Below are positions 23,670 to 36,900 of a stretch of 64,000 nucleotides of DNA, one piece after another (within the stretch, counting starts at the first letter, position 1; each line of letters opens with the position of its first letter). The translations under genes were made by a program, and so were the position numbers. Source of the stretch: Eukaryota sp. TZLM1-RC (taxonomy: Eukaryota > Protista > Metamonada: BaSk clade); the NCBI GenBank assembly GCA_040285825.1, contig JAUPSS010000003.1:248001-312000 (forward strand), written 5' to 3'. Below the pieces are notes generated by a model that was given only the letters and a program-made list of their open reading frames with translations, was not told the origin of the DNA and did not search any database.

Positions 23670-24300
23670 TTTATTTATTGAATTTGCGCACTTAATTAAA
23701 TTAAATCATAACTAATGGGACGACTATCATTGAACCAAGATTTCCTCTACAAAATCTTGATTTGCTTGCTGTCTAGCTAAAGCTTCTCTAATTCGATTGA
23801 AAAACCGCGGTAATCTATTAATAATGGCAAATTGAATCCGTGAACGCCATAAAAAAATATCAAATCTTTTCATTGTTTTTTCTTGCACCATTTTTTGGAA
23901 GTCATCCAAAAAAGTTTCTGCTTCAACTGATAATCTTCCATTTATGGAAAATGGGAAAGCAATAAAAACCAGCTGTGTATTTCTATCGACATTTGCCTCT
24001 TCAATATCTTTATCATATTTTCTATGTTTCTCTTTTGCTTTGAAATCCAGAGCAGCCACCGGATTAAGTTTTCTTCTGTGAACCAAAGTATCATTTGCAA
24101 CATTACATGAGACAAAGTCAACAATAGCTTCAGAATTATCAATCCAATCACAGTATGCATCACCTCTATCATCAGAACCAAAACTATTCAGAGAAAGTGT
24201 TTCCTTCAGCAGGGGCTCTTTGATACACGATATCCTTGCAGTTTGTGCCATATTGAAAACAGAGTCTCTCACAGCATCATGTAATGAAGAACGATAAACT
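23670..24300 (-). mobile_element. RLE-type non-LTR retrotransposon family N1, 5'-truncated
   Basis: HDAVRD, DDRGDAYCDW..IVDFVSC, KAKEKHRKYD, FPFSINGRLS; near-identical to 47330-47955 including the 3' UTR. Confidence 0.85.
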
Positions 24301-25419
24301 ACTACAACTTTCCGAATCTATTTTTCTTTAACATTGTCACTTTAGTATTATATATTTTAGGTATTTTATTAACCATTGGTTTAGGAGTTCTAGCTTATCT
24401 ATTCGGCTTCTGCTCTCAGTCAATCGTACTTCTTGATGTTTGATTGCACTTCGGTGGTTGTTTACCATTGGCGAATATCATAGACAGTCTTTTTTATTAA
24501 ATAAATAGAATAAATAAATTATTTCACCCAAACTATAAATCATATGTGGAGTCGAGTAGATTACGAATAGTGTTTAAGCAATTCAAATCAGATAAAACCC
24601 CAAGGAGTTCCCCACACAAGTGTTTAGAGAAAGGAACTAGTTTTGGTAAAAGGCTATATGCTAGAAATTTTCCAAGTATTGCAGTGATTCATCATTGAAA
24701 AGATTGATATTTCGAGTGTTATTCAATTCAAAAGAAGGAGTATCAATAGCGACTAATAATTTTGATGTGAAAACTAGACAGATGAAAATAGTGCTTGATG
24801 TATAGAAAGATTATTGTCATAATGTCTATGAACTGCTGGGAACTGTAATCAAAACTGTACTGTGGATTGGAGAAATGCCATTCTCTTTTAAAACAGTTAC
24901 TGGCGGTCACTGAGTGTTACTTATCGCATCATTGCATTGAATATCGTAAACAAAGTCGGCAAATAATGCGGGTTTAAGCAAAAAGTGTAAAGTATAAGTA
25001 CAAGGCTTTGAATTAAAAAGCAAAGACGAAGATGATAAGACGGCAACTTTAGATATAAAAATTCAGTTATTGAAGAAACAGAAATTTATCATCCTCTTTC
25101 AAACCTCATTGCTGGAAGAGCCGTATGTGAAAGTGAAATCAAGAAAAGAAAGCGTGGTGACCTGCTTCCCAGAGCACGGGTAATCTCTCATAGAGTGACA
25201 CAACAGAAAAGCTTCTCCATTCGGTTAAACATTCAAAAGCTTATAAACTAATTTGCAAGGACAACAAGACAATTGGAAAGCGTACCACTAGTCAACTTAA
25301 AGGTACCTCCAATCAGTCTACAGCCCCTAAGTGGTCTAGACGTAGTAATAGAATTAGGAAGCGTATCTCAATCTTGGTATAATTAGCTTGTATAGTAAAT
25401 TAATTAAAAAGCTCTCAAA

Positions 25420-26840
25420 TCATAATGGACCTATTTACTCAGCAGGTTGCCGACCCTCATCGTTTTAACGCTATGTTGATGCTGGACAATGTTGATCTCA
25501 ATCCAGACAACAGCACCTTCATATTCACTGCTGGGCTAAATATTTTATCCTTTCTGGAAAATATTGCATCTGACACTATGCGAAGAAATGCTGTGTCCCC
25601 ATCCCCCAGTTATTCTCCTGGCTTTATCTCTTTTAGTCAAAAACTGGAACAGCATTTTCTCTCTTTTAATGCCAACCACTGTCTGCTGAAAGAACCGTTT
25701 GCCTTTTTCAGAAAAAAGAAGTATCTGACTTACACAATCAGTTCAGATGCTGTTTCAATCCGCTTCACTTTTTCTTTTGTCCCCAAAAAAATAAGAATCG
25801 TCGGACAACCACAGAATTGGCAACCACCATAGCCAGTGGGGAAATCGATATACCTGCAAAAAGTCGAAAGCGAAACTCTAGAGTTTAAAAACATGTTTGT
25901 CCAATGCAACGTCGAAGAACTGACGACGCCTAAGAGCCTCCTCCAGTTGATCCAATTGAATATTCAATTGATCCTAATCACAAACATTTGTGTGGTTATT
26001 CAATTGGATCAAGAATTGAAAATAATAATGTAGACCATCAACTTTCGGGCCTTGTTCTGAATCCAAAGGCAAAGAAGATCATTCAACCACCAGTCCTGAC
26101 TCATGCATCACCAAATTGCTATTTTGCTAAGAATTTACACAAATATCTTAATGAAATAGCAACGCCTTTGATGTGGGTACCGACACATGAAGAAATCAGC
26201 AATCCCGACTTCCGCCCGAGAACTATACTAGACCAACTGCTGATAAATGGAGATCGCTAAGCCCTGCACCGCAACAAGTTTGATTTCTTTATAAGAAGAC
26301 AAAAAAGGATAATGGGATTAATTGAAAAAATTAAACTAATGGCTAATGGCAGAGAAACCATAATTTGGTTTGGTAGTGGAAATGATGTACCATCAAGACA
26401 AGCTGTGAAAACCCCAAGAAAGCGCTTTTTGAAGGAGATTCAGAAACATTTTACATATGTGAAACCTAATGGAGATGAATTCTACACATCTGCCAAAACG
26501 AATTGCTGTAAGGTATTCAATCAAAAGTTGTATCACGATGATGGGACGGTGAACAATGATAAGTTTGTATGCCCTCAATGTCAGACACTCTGGTCGAGGG
26601 ACATCTCAGCCTCCAGAAACCAACTGGAGATTGCCATAAGTGAGCACTACTACAATGAAAGACCTGAGGCGTTCCGGAGACCCCGTAGATAAGTGCTTTT
26701 CCATGTATTGCGTACCTGTACGCGTATTATGATGTTGCTGCTTTAACTATCATTTGATAGTGATAGAACTACAGTAAGCTTAACATCTATCAAGATTGCA
26801 CGAATTGGTCAAAAGCCAGCGTGCGTTTTGATAGAAATTC
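25420..26840 (+). mobile_element. Fanzor family A element, 5'-truncated copy
   Basis: Near-identical to 11068-12497 (reverse complement); intact GDEFYTS..CC, CPQCQTLWSRDISASRN, ERPEAFRRP; extra stops. Confidence 0.9.
26693..26840 (+). ncRNA. Putative omegaRNA scaffold of Fanzor family A
   Basis: Long terminal stem tctatcaagattgcac...gtgcgttttgataga with inner tggt-caaaa-gcca hairpin; conserved with copy 1. Confidence 0.65.
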
Positions 26841-26902
26841 TCTGTAAGGAGGAATAAAGACAATTTTCCAATGACTATCACAGCATCCCAATACTTCCAT
26901 AG

Positions 26903-29740
26903 ATGAAGCGCAAAGATTTGGCCAGAACCAATGAGCAGTACAGATCTCTTCTGGAACAACGTAATAAACTCCTTCAGCGCTTGGAAGCCAAGAAAGGTTC
27001 CAAGTCACATCTTTCTACATTACCTCACAAGCACAAGCGTGAACAAGGCTTCAACGTTCTTTTTTCAGGTGCTAATGCTGAACCCTCCTCTTATCAGCAG
27101 CAACCAAACAGTGGTACACACCATTCTAGAATAAATGTTTCAGAAACACGTTCTAAATGGAATTTAGGGTCCCGTGAGTCACTTATAATCAAAACCACTG
27201 ATGGGGAGGAAGTCAAAGTTAGTCCTCGCAAATCAACATTAGAACAATCAATAACCAAGGAGGACAATGAGGTTCACCCAGATTCTACAGACCCTTATCA
27301 GCAAGTCTTCTTCCGTATTAAACAGCTAACCCCCACCAAACTTACCAAGCTTATTGATTTCATTTCTGACTTGGAAGCCCAACCTGCTGCTTCATCTTCT
27401 TCATTGAACAAATGGAACGTTGATCCTATCTCACTATCTCAGTCAGGTTTCGAACCTGCATCCCATCCTATTTGGTTGAAACAACATGGAGATCAGGAAG
27501 AGGAAAACTCTCCTGTTGCTAGGATTGATGATCACCAAAAAGGAGATCGTAAGGAAAAGCTTGGTGGTCGTCCAATATGGTTGGAGTCAATGGCTCCTGT
27601 CAAGAAGTCAATTGAATTCCAACTTCAACAACTCAAATCTGACTCTGAACCTGAAACTCTTGAAGAAATTGAAATCACTTCGTCTGATTCAGAAATTCCT
27701 GAAGAGTTACCTGAGAAAAGTGGCCTTAATTTAGGCTCATTACGACAATCAATCGACATGTCACTTTCCCGTGTCATCAAAGAAGAGATCACTGAGGAGT
27801 CTGGCTCTTCTACTGACACACCGATGAGCTCTACTCTCATCCCCTCTCTACCTAAAGCAAGTTCTATAACCTTTTACCTCCACTCTACTCATGGTGATGC
27901 TCACTGGGTTGGACTAAGTGGTATTGAGCTTTTTGATGGTGAAGGTCGATTGATCAAGGTAGAATCAGTTGAGGCTAGTCCTGCCTGTGTCGATGAAAGT
28001 GACCCTAGACAACCAATCAATTTGATTGATGATTGTCCCAGGTCAACTTCGATATTTCATCAATGGCTTGCTCCATTCACAGGAGACAACCAAATTATAT
28101 TGACTATTCCTGAGTCGTTTGTTTCTTTAATTAGAATTTGGAACTACAACGCCAGTAGAATTCATTCCAATAGAGGGGTTAAGTCTTGTTCGGTCTATTG
28201 TGGAGACTCTCTTGTCTTTTCTGGTGAGGTGGCACAAGCTGAAGGTAAAATTGTAGGGGCAAAGGCACTAGCTGAGGTTCTTTTGTTTGCTCACCCTGAA
28301 GCAGATAAGAATCTTTTACAATTACTAGCCAAGAACGATCCTATTCCTGATGATGAAGTTGAACCAGTATTCAGTGCATCGCCAGTAAAATCATCAAGAC
28401 CAATCACCCATCAAATTGATCGCTCAAGAAAGGAAACCTTTGAGGTAGAGGTAATTCCAGTTAAAGAAGAGTCCACACAACTGCCATTTACAGAGCAAGG
28501 TATTACACAATGTAAGGAAAAGGAAGAGGGTCTCTGTGAATTAGAATTTTGGAAGAATTCAATAGAAAATTTAACAACAATTTCAATTCGGGAAATTTTG
28601 GTTCATTTGATTGACAACTATGGTGATCCATGCTATATAGGTCTAGGGTCCTTGATTCCAATTTATCTGAATGGTCAAGGAATGCCACAGCTTGTCAATA
28701 GTCGACACGTGTCAGTTTCTGCTCCTTACCAATCAGAACGAAGAAGGCCCTCAAATTTGATCAATCGTCACTTTGTCACCACCAATGATTCTTTCATGTG
28801 GCTCTGTCCATTTGAGTCAGCTAAACCCCCAACAATATCGTTCAAATTTACTTCTAAAATCCCCATAATAGGGTTTTTGGTCTATGGTTACAACAAGTCA
28901 GTGGATGACGTCATCAGATCGGTCAAAAAGTGTCTGATTACTGACCCCGACAACCGATTGATTTTGAGTGATGTTGTCATAAGGAAACCTCCAGGTAATG
29001 TACACTATGATTACGGCCAAGTGGTTTTATTTAACCAAAATCAAGTCCAAAATCAACAACAGATTTCTCTTGACCACTACATTAACCCTAACCCCCCACT
29101 TCCAAATCCTAGATTTATTAAGCTATTCCCTCAAATGTACGCAACCCCACACTTACCTAAAGGAATGACTTTGAAGTTTGTTATCAAGAGCACCCATGGA
29201 GATCCTTATTACGTGGGTCTTTCTGGAGTCACAGTCGTTACTTCTCAAGGGGTTCTTGACCGTTCGAAGATCAAAATTGAAGAGTTTCCGTCGAGATTGA
29301 TGGATGTTGATGATTGCAGAATTGTTGAAAATTTGTTGTTTGACTCTGCTGATGATGTTTGCAATTCTTGGTTGACACAATTCAAACCAAATTCAGTTGA
29401 AAATGAAATCTATTTAAGAATTGATGAAATTGTGGAATTTAATGTGATTCGTTTGTTTAATTACAAAAAAGATGAGTCACGAGGGGTCTGTGATTTTGAA
29501 CTTTTGATTGATGATTTGATTGCTTTTCAGGGGAGCTGTCCACCAAAAGGAACTCTTTCTATACTTTTTAATCATGTCTCTTCTCAAATAATGTTTAGAG
29601 AAAAAGAAAATATTTACACTGCACCCCAAATACAACCTGTCGTTTTTATTAATGATAACAAGGTAATTTCTCAACCAGAACAAATACCCAGTGCCCATGA
29701 AAGTAAGGTCAATAGGCCAAAAACCATCAGTAAAAGGTAG
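26903..29740 (+). CDS. KATNIP: Katanin-interacting protein (KIAA0556/KATNIP, DUF4457)-like
   Basis: YRSLLEQRNKLL, REQGFNVLFSGAN and three STHGD..YVGLSG / IRIWNYN..RGVK repeats. Confidence 0.85.
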   Translation: MKRKDLARTNEQYRSLLEQRNKLLQRLEAKKGSKSHLSTLPHKHKREQGFNVLFSGANAEPSSYQQQPNSGTHHSRINVSETRSKWNLGSRESLIIKTTDGEEVKVSPRKSTLEQSITKEDNEVHPDSTDPYQQVFFRIKQLTPTKLTKLIDFISDLEAQPAASSSSLNKWNVDPISLSQSGFEPASHPIWLKQHGDQEEENSPVARIDDHQKGDRKEKLGGRPIWLESMAPVKKSIEFQLQQLKSDSEPETLEEIEITSSDSEIPEELPEKSGLNLGSLRQSIDMSLSRVIKEEITEESGSSTDTPMSSTLIPSLPKASSITFYLHSTHGDAHWVGLSGIELFDGEGRLIKVESVEASPACVDESDPRQPINLIDDCPRSTSIFHQWLAPFTGDNQIILTIPESFVSLIRIWNYNASRIHSNRGVKSCSVYCGDSLVFSGEVAQAEGKIVGAKALAEVLLFAHPEADKNLLQLLAKNDPIPDDEVEPVFSASPVKSSRPITHQIDRSRKETFEVEVIPVKEESTQLPFTEQGITQCKEKEEGLCELEFWKNSIENLTTISIREILVHLIDNYGDPCYIGLGSLIPIYLNGQGMPQLVNSRHVSVSAPYQSERRRPSNLINRHFVTTNDSFMWLCPFESAKPPTISFKFTSKIPIIGFLVYGYNKSVDDVIRSVKKCLITDPDNRLILSDVVIRKPPGNVHYDYGQVVLFNQNQVQNQQQISLDHYINPNPPLPNPRFIKLFPQMYATPHLPKGMTLKFVIKSTHGDPYYVGLSGVTVVTSQGVLDRSKIKIEEFPSRLMDVDDCRIVENLLFDSADDVCNSWLTQFKPNSVENEIYLRIDEIVEFNVIRLFNYKKDESRGVCDFELLIDDLIAFQGSCPPKGTLSILFNHVSSQIMFREKENIYTAPQIQPVVFINDNKVISQPEQIPSAHESKVNRPKTISKR

Positions 29741-32700
29741 ATGTAAGTGTTCCGTTGTGGACCTAAATTTTTATCTACCATCAAAGAATATTGTTTCTTC
29801 ACGTAGTAATTTCAGAAAATTTAAATTTTTTCTGTCGTTGTGATCATTTTTGTGATTCATTTTTATCAGGTTTTTTGTACATAATTGTTAGCTTTGATTA
29901 CCCAAATTTTCACTTCTCCACTGCTCTATGTCAATGTCTTTTATAATGGTCTCTGGCAAGTTCTTCTTCAAGTTGCTTCAATGTATCATTAAATAAATAT
30001 TAAGATAATCATTTGTATGTGTATCAAGATTTTAGTAAGTTTATTTATTAAACTATCAACAAGTCTCCTTGCCAGTTGCTCTTATATAGTTTAAAAAAAT
30101 TTGTAATGTATCAACAAAGGCACTCAGGATTCGAGAGAAAATCATAAAAAGAATTGAATATTTGCATTGCTGTTTATTGAACCATTTTCACAGCATTCCC
30201 TTGTTTTCTCCCTATAGAGATAGACCTTCCTTCTAAAGAAGAAGGGAAAATAGTACAAGCAAGTTGTCTTGAATTTGTCCACCAACATGAGCTTCTTCAA
30301 TAATTTTACCACAAGATCAGTGATTTTGTTATACTTAAACCGACAGACTGAAATTTCCTTCTCTGAACCATTGTGTCATTTGCAACAACACAAACACCAA
30401 AATCAGCAGTCGCTTCAGAATTATAAATACAATCGCAGTAAATATCAGCTCTATTTTTAGCTCTGGATAATATTTATAGTTTATTAGTATATTAGTTTTA
30501 TATTGTAAATGCACCCTTGTACAACCATTTTGCCTTCATTATAAATCTCTTCACTTTGATATCAACACGTCCAATCATAACCCATGCAGATCGTCACTAT
30601 ATTTAAAACCAAAATAAATAATTTGATGACATGAAATAGCTCTGCATGAACATCAAAATACGTTGATAATTTTGGTAAATTTTGAATAAGTCGGAAACAA
30701 TTCAATCCATCATCTTGTGTCAAATAATATAAATGTTGTTTTATTGAAGGAGTCCTGTGCACCTTTCTTCTAAATAACCTTAGAAGACCTCTGCTCATGG
30801 GTTCTCACAAGTGGGACCCAAGTTGTAAGTTTAGGCTGTATTGATGTGCCATTACTTTGTACGATTATATAAATTGTCAAAATTTAGCATGTATAAAGAC
30901 AAACTTTTCTATCACAATATCAGCATATCCTGTGTAAGTTTAAGAAAAGAGCTGGGTTGGACAAACTTTCAGCTGTTGTGAAAATAATTCCTGAAATTCT
31001 TCGGCCAAACATTGGGTAAAATAACGAACGATTTATTTGTACAGTTACATCTCACAACACTTATTGCCAAGTTTACGAACTATTATGGTCAGTTGTCACT
31101 TACAAGTTTCTATTTTATTTTGATTTTATCACAAGAATGTTGTATCTTGTAGATGTTTCCATCGTTCTATTGCATCTCACTGAACTAACGGGATAGTGGT
31201 TACTAAATAAAGATGACTAGGTCTGAGAAAAAAAGAAATACACCACCCTGAAAGAAGATATATTTATGGAAAATTGATTGGCATAGCTAACTATATCTGA
31301 GAGGAATATAGATAAATTGAAATGGCAAAAAGTCATACAATAATGGTTCTGATGAGAGTCGAATTGGTCTGGGTAAACACGTTTTGACATTAGATTTCAA
31401 TTGACGAGCTTGACAAGCAAGGTAAGCAGAAAGTCTTTTCTATTAGTAAAATTTCATCTCTTTGACTGTAGTCAATCATTGAGGAGTATATTGAATGAGT
31501 TTCTATAGGGAACTAGAGAATTTTGCCATGTAGTAACAGGAGACCTGTCTTGTGGGCATTCAGGAAGAAATGCACTGTAAAAGATATTAGTCCTTAAACC
31601 CAAAACTAAGTCACCGTTATTAAAAGGGTTCCTATGTTTGTTAACTTCAGGCAGTTGTTGAGTTTGCCTAAGCTCTGCCTCTTTTTTTTTCTTTGAAATC
31701 CTTTCAAGTTTTGCTTCAAGATCTTTAACAAAGGGAATATTAACATTAGCTGATTTTATTAGTTCAAGCATATTACTAGGATCAGTTCTAGGGCTGTGGT
31801 CGCTACCAAACATTAAATTGTAGGGCTAATGACCAGTAACTCCACTAATAGTTGAATTGATTTGAAGTTGTACAATTGGGATATATTCGCTCCAATTGCT
31901 ATAATCGCCAGAGTCTACCAAAATCTTTCTAAGACTTTGTAAAATGTCTCTGTGTCGACTTTCTACTAAACCATTGCTTTGTGAAAAGCTAGTGAACGAC
32001 TTACCTCAATGTTGAATATATCGCATAACCTTTTGAAAATGGTATTTGCAAATTCAATACAATTGTCACTATGAATCCACAGTGGGATACCAAAAATTGA
32101 TACTACACTCCATAGGAGGCGATTGGTTGCCTCCACTGCATTCAATTCCTTTGCAGGGCAAATGATCGTATACCTAGTGAACGAATCTACAAAAACTATT
32201 AAATATTTGAATCCATTATCATCTTGTTGTAATGGTCCAATAGTGTCTGCGTTTAATCGTGCAAAAGGTCGATCAGCCCAAAGAGAGCCAGATGATTCAA
32301 TGACATTTTTAGGCACATGTGCCGTCTTTTGACATGCTGGACATCTCTTGATATGATTCATCATGTCTTTGCGCATGTCGGGCCAAAAGTAATTGCTATT
32401 GAGTAATTTCTTTACGCTAGTCGTCACACTAGGATGGCCAACATTTGCATGTCCATGAATGATAGTTAAAATCTGCTTCTTGAAACTATCTGAGATGACA
32501 ATCTTCCCACGATTGTTGGTATACAATTGAATATCTGAATTATAATTGTAATCTTTATAATAATCAGGATTTGAATCAACATCTATAAGTTGTTCTTGCC
32601 TAATCTTTGAGATCCAAGTGTCAAATAAATCAAATTTAGTATCCTCAACTGCTTCTTTCAGTGCAGATAAGCTATTGATCGTGGGTAGCTCAATTGTGGA

Positions 32701-33533
32701 CGGTTGAGTAATATCATCCCTTAACAAACTAACTCTAGTTAAAAAATTTAAATGGGGTAATTGTTCTTCAACTCTGTGAGGTGCCAAGTTTCTCACTTGT
32801 TGGACTCGAGGAGTTTTGGGTTTGGTATCAACCAATCTAGACAACATGCTTGCCCAATAATTCTCCTCGCCTGCAGTGTGGACTACGCCAAAATTGAATT
32901 CTGACAATATTGGTAGCCACCTCTTCACAATTCTGTTCTTTTCATGAGCTGATATAAGGTATGCTAAATTTCAATGATCAGTGAAAATAGTTAATTTCCT
33001 CGAAATTAAATAATTTTCTAAACTACTGTCAGTGAGAATTAGTGAAATTGCATACAACTCTTTCTAAAGTACAGACCAATTTTTTTGTGAAGTTGATAAT
33101 AATCTGCTAAAGAAGGCAATAGGTACAACCTTTCTCTTAATTAGCGGTGTCGTAGGATCTTTGGGTCGGTTAGCTTCTTGCCATATTTCTCCACCTAGAG
33201 CCACATCGGACGCGTCAGCACTTATTAAAATATGCTTGTCTTCTGAGGGCAATTCAAAAGGGATATTTGCTTTAATAAGATCTATAATCCTACCAATGGC
33301 CTTGTCATGATCAGAAGTCCATTTGATCTTTGACGGTTTGTTTCTGGTTAATTTGTTGATTGGTTCTATCAAGTCAGACAAATTTGGCAACCAGTCACGT
33401 ATATAATTGATCGAACCAATAAAACTACTAACTTCAGGTAATGTCCTGGGTTTGGGTAGGTTGATCAGTCCCTCAATCCTAGATTCATCTATATAACGGG
33501 TTTTGTTTACAAAAATACTACCTAGAATTCTTA

Positions 33534-33926
33534 ATTCATGTTTGCAAGTGGTAAAGCTACACTTGGGTAGGCCAAGGTTAACTCTAAAACGTTTGGCGCG
33601 TTCTAGGACCGTACCTACTCTAGATAGAAATTCATCCAGGGTCGAAGCTACCATTATTATATCATCGATATAAATAAATACGCCCTCGGAATCAAAAATT
33701 TCCATCATCATGTTTTGGAAGACTGCATTTTTATTTCATGTTTGCAAGTGGTAAAGCTACACTTGGGTAGGCCAAGGTTAACTTAAAACGTTTGGCGCGT
33801 TCTAGGACCGTACCTACTCTAGATAGAAATTCATCCAGGGTCGAAGCTACCATTATTATATCATCGATATAAATCAATACGCCCTCACAATCAAAAATTT
33901 CCATCATCATGTTTTGGAAGACTGCA
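33534..33926. repeat. ~195-bp tandem duplication inside the Gypsy RT
   Basis: MMMEIFD..YIDD..VLERAKRF encoded twice (33534-33727 and 33735-33926). Confidence 0.9.
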
Positions 33927-36900
33927 GGAACGTTCTTCAAACCAAAACAAGCCCTTTTAAAACTGATCGACATCCCGGGAATTGATACGTCAGTTTTATC
34001 AATATCCTCTTCTGCAATTTTGAGCTGCCAAAATGCCTTAGGTAAATCTAGAGTTGCTATATAATGAGCTTTACTTAGAAACTCTAAAATGTCGCTAATC
34101 CTGGTCAAATTTGCCTCTACAGATTAAGTTAAATCATTTACTCCACCAATACCACTAAAATCGCCAGTTAATCGTGGTTTCCTGTGATCAAGGTAAATCA
34201 CGAGACAGATGGGACTACTGAATTGAGACTTTGCGGGCACAGCAAATCCATTACGGATCAATTCGTTAAAAATTTCCTCGGCTACCCGTTGTTTTTCTGG
34301 GTTTAATCTTCGAGGTTTCCTTTTGACGACCTTACTTTCGTCATAAAACAAAATGGTCACCGGCTGACAATCAATTCCATCCGGGTGAGGTAGCCCACTA
34401 AATACATTTCTATATTTTTCGAGTAGCACGACTAGGCGTTCGTTGTCCCTAATGTCATCCAGGCATATTCTACAGCCCAACTCATCTAACTCATGTCTAA
34501 ATGTGGAATGTCCAAAATCATTACCTAAGTCTGATCTATTACTCAATTGTTCTATGAATTTAATTGGTTGACAAATTCTATTATCAAACTCACATTCAGC
34601 TTTTAAGATGGTGCGGTGTTCGCGATCCAAATTAATATTAAAACCGTGCTCCGTGCGTAGCCCCAAGGTTTGTAATAAGTCTCTTCCGATCAAAAAATTA
34701 TTGGTACCAGGAATGATCTGGAATTCGATCCTTAAAAACACTTGAGTGGCCAAGCTACCCACATTTAGAGCAAGAACACCACTTGCACATCCCAGGGTCG
34801 TGGAGCGAATACCATTTGCCGATAAGTATTCGACAGTCTTATTGTCATTAACTGTCATATTACATTTAGAGGCTAAATCCATTGATAATGCTGAAAATGC
34901 AGCTCCATTATCAATTTCGCCTTGTACTTCCACGTTATTTATGGTGCAGGTTAACCAAAGTTCCCTGTTAGAACTTTCTTGGTCCTCTGCTACCCTGGAT
35001 AGTCTAACACTGTGGATAGAACCCACAGGATTGGACGACTCTCTAAATGTTTTTAATGGATTTAGGTGATTATAATTCGAATCTGCTTTGCTCATTTTAT
35101 AAATGAATTTGATTGAATCATTTGTAAGGTTATTGTTAATAGATGTATAATCATCTGATTTATAACTACTACTTATACGTTTTCTATCACGTTTTTCACC
35201 TCCGTGACGCTTTTTTGAACCTGGTCTTCCCACTAATTTAAAACATTTCTCTTCAGGATGTTTATTGGTTTTGCATAAGCTACACCATTGCTCTAGGGAT
35301 GGGACTGCTTACTCTGGGGTTCTTAAAAGGACTTTTTGACTGGCTTCATCCTTGCTGCGCAGGAGCGTGAGCACCAAAAGCTGTTCTTATCAAATTCATG
35401 TCTTTGATCGAGAATTCAAGGCTATTGACCTTATTAACAAATGCGTTACCTAAATCGTAAATCGCATCGCCCAGTTTCTCGTTACTCGAATCAAACTTGC
35501 CAATCCAAATGATATATGTGTCCATCAATTGATTGTTTGTTTTGTCGTTAATAGTTTCGAGAAATCTCTTTGCTGGGTAGACGACAGACGGATTACCATC
35601 CGTTCCGGGCATAATTGTTGAGCGTCGAATTATATATATGATCTGCTCTATGAAGGCTGTCCATGAAGATTCAGCAGTCATTTTGCGACTGATCTCAGGT
35701 GGTCCTACAGACCTCAAAGCCTTCTCAACATCGGTAGGGTATTTGTACTGGGTGCTTAGTAGCAAATATTCCCAGATTTCGGCGTCAGATGGGTTGTTGC
35801 CTAACACGTTTGTTCGGCCTCCATAAAAACTCTGCCATTCTGCGATGACCTTACCCTCGATCATAAATCTCAAATACAAAGGGTCCACTTCGAAGAAAAT
35901 AGATCTAACGAAGTCGTACTGATGAACCGGTTGACCGTATTTGGTGATCGGCGTAAATGCTCTGGTGGGTCCATCGCGATCCCTAACTGTTTTAGCCCAA
36001 TTGCCAAAGTTAAGAACGAAGTCGAAGATCTTCTTGGTGTCAAACGCTTCATTTAGCTTAACTAGGCATCTGAGTTTGTCGTCTATTCTTTTCCTCAATT
36101 TCTCCTCGTCTGTTACAGGAGTTCTATAAAGACCGAGGGTGTCGACGAGAGAATCTCTAGGAGCATTCGTTCCTAGGGGTTGCGTGGGTATAGATGATTT
36201 TATAACAGATGATTGTGTAGGAGTTGCTTCACAAGAAGCTCTCCTAGATGCCAGAGGCCCTACAGAAGGTGTACTAAATAGGTTCATATTCCTCTCTTCT
36301 GAAGGCAATGTTTCGCCCAACTTAATGATAAATCTTGTCTTAGGAGGTTTTTCCTGCACAGGTACGGTTTGGGCTGGTGGCCTTAAATCCACCCAATTTG
36401 GTGCATCTTTAGATCCTCTAGGGACCTCTGCTAGTTTATGATCATATGGAAGGCAACTGCTCTTTATTAAGACATTCTCAAAAACATTTTGGTCGGGCCA
36501 GCTATCAACCCATGCCTTAAGTTTAGCCATCAATGCATCAGGATATACTAATTTTAACTTGTTAGGGCCAACACGCTGCTCTTTCAATTCAATTACCCTT
36601 GTGCCTATTTCTCTAATGTAGGACTCTTTGGTATGAAATTGAAGGGTGTCACCTCGAGATTCATCGAATCTGCCCCCAAGCATAATAAAAATGTCCGCAA
36701 TGGAATCTTTTGGGTGTACGTTCTCCACTAGGAAATGCCTTACGACGCCTCTAAGGTTTCTACCTTGTTGATTATGAGGATACATTTTAGCTATCCAAAA
36801 CAGTCTGTCGTAAGCTTCTTGATTTCCACTGAAATGTATTTTGTGGTCATCAATTGCATCCCTATGCCATTTGGCAGGCCGGGGAGTAGCAGCTTGATAC

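Noticed and set aside
24300-25419. Possible decayed transposon sequence (also 6300-7400, 60700-61800)
   Set aside because: No recognisable motif or second copy in the window.
25880-25990. Programmed -1 frameshift or intron repairing the family A ORF
   Set aside because: A TAA lies in the downstream frame just before EPPP, there is no canonical slippery heptamer after it, and the GTTTGT...AAG candidate intron gives the wrong frame.
29900-30800. Short ORFs with an HAE motif (deaminase-like?)
   Set aside because: No supporting PCxxC in frame; too degraded to call.
30800-31560. 3' LTR of the Gypsy element
   Set aside because: No match to 37900-38200 is visible; the element appears truncated after the integrase.
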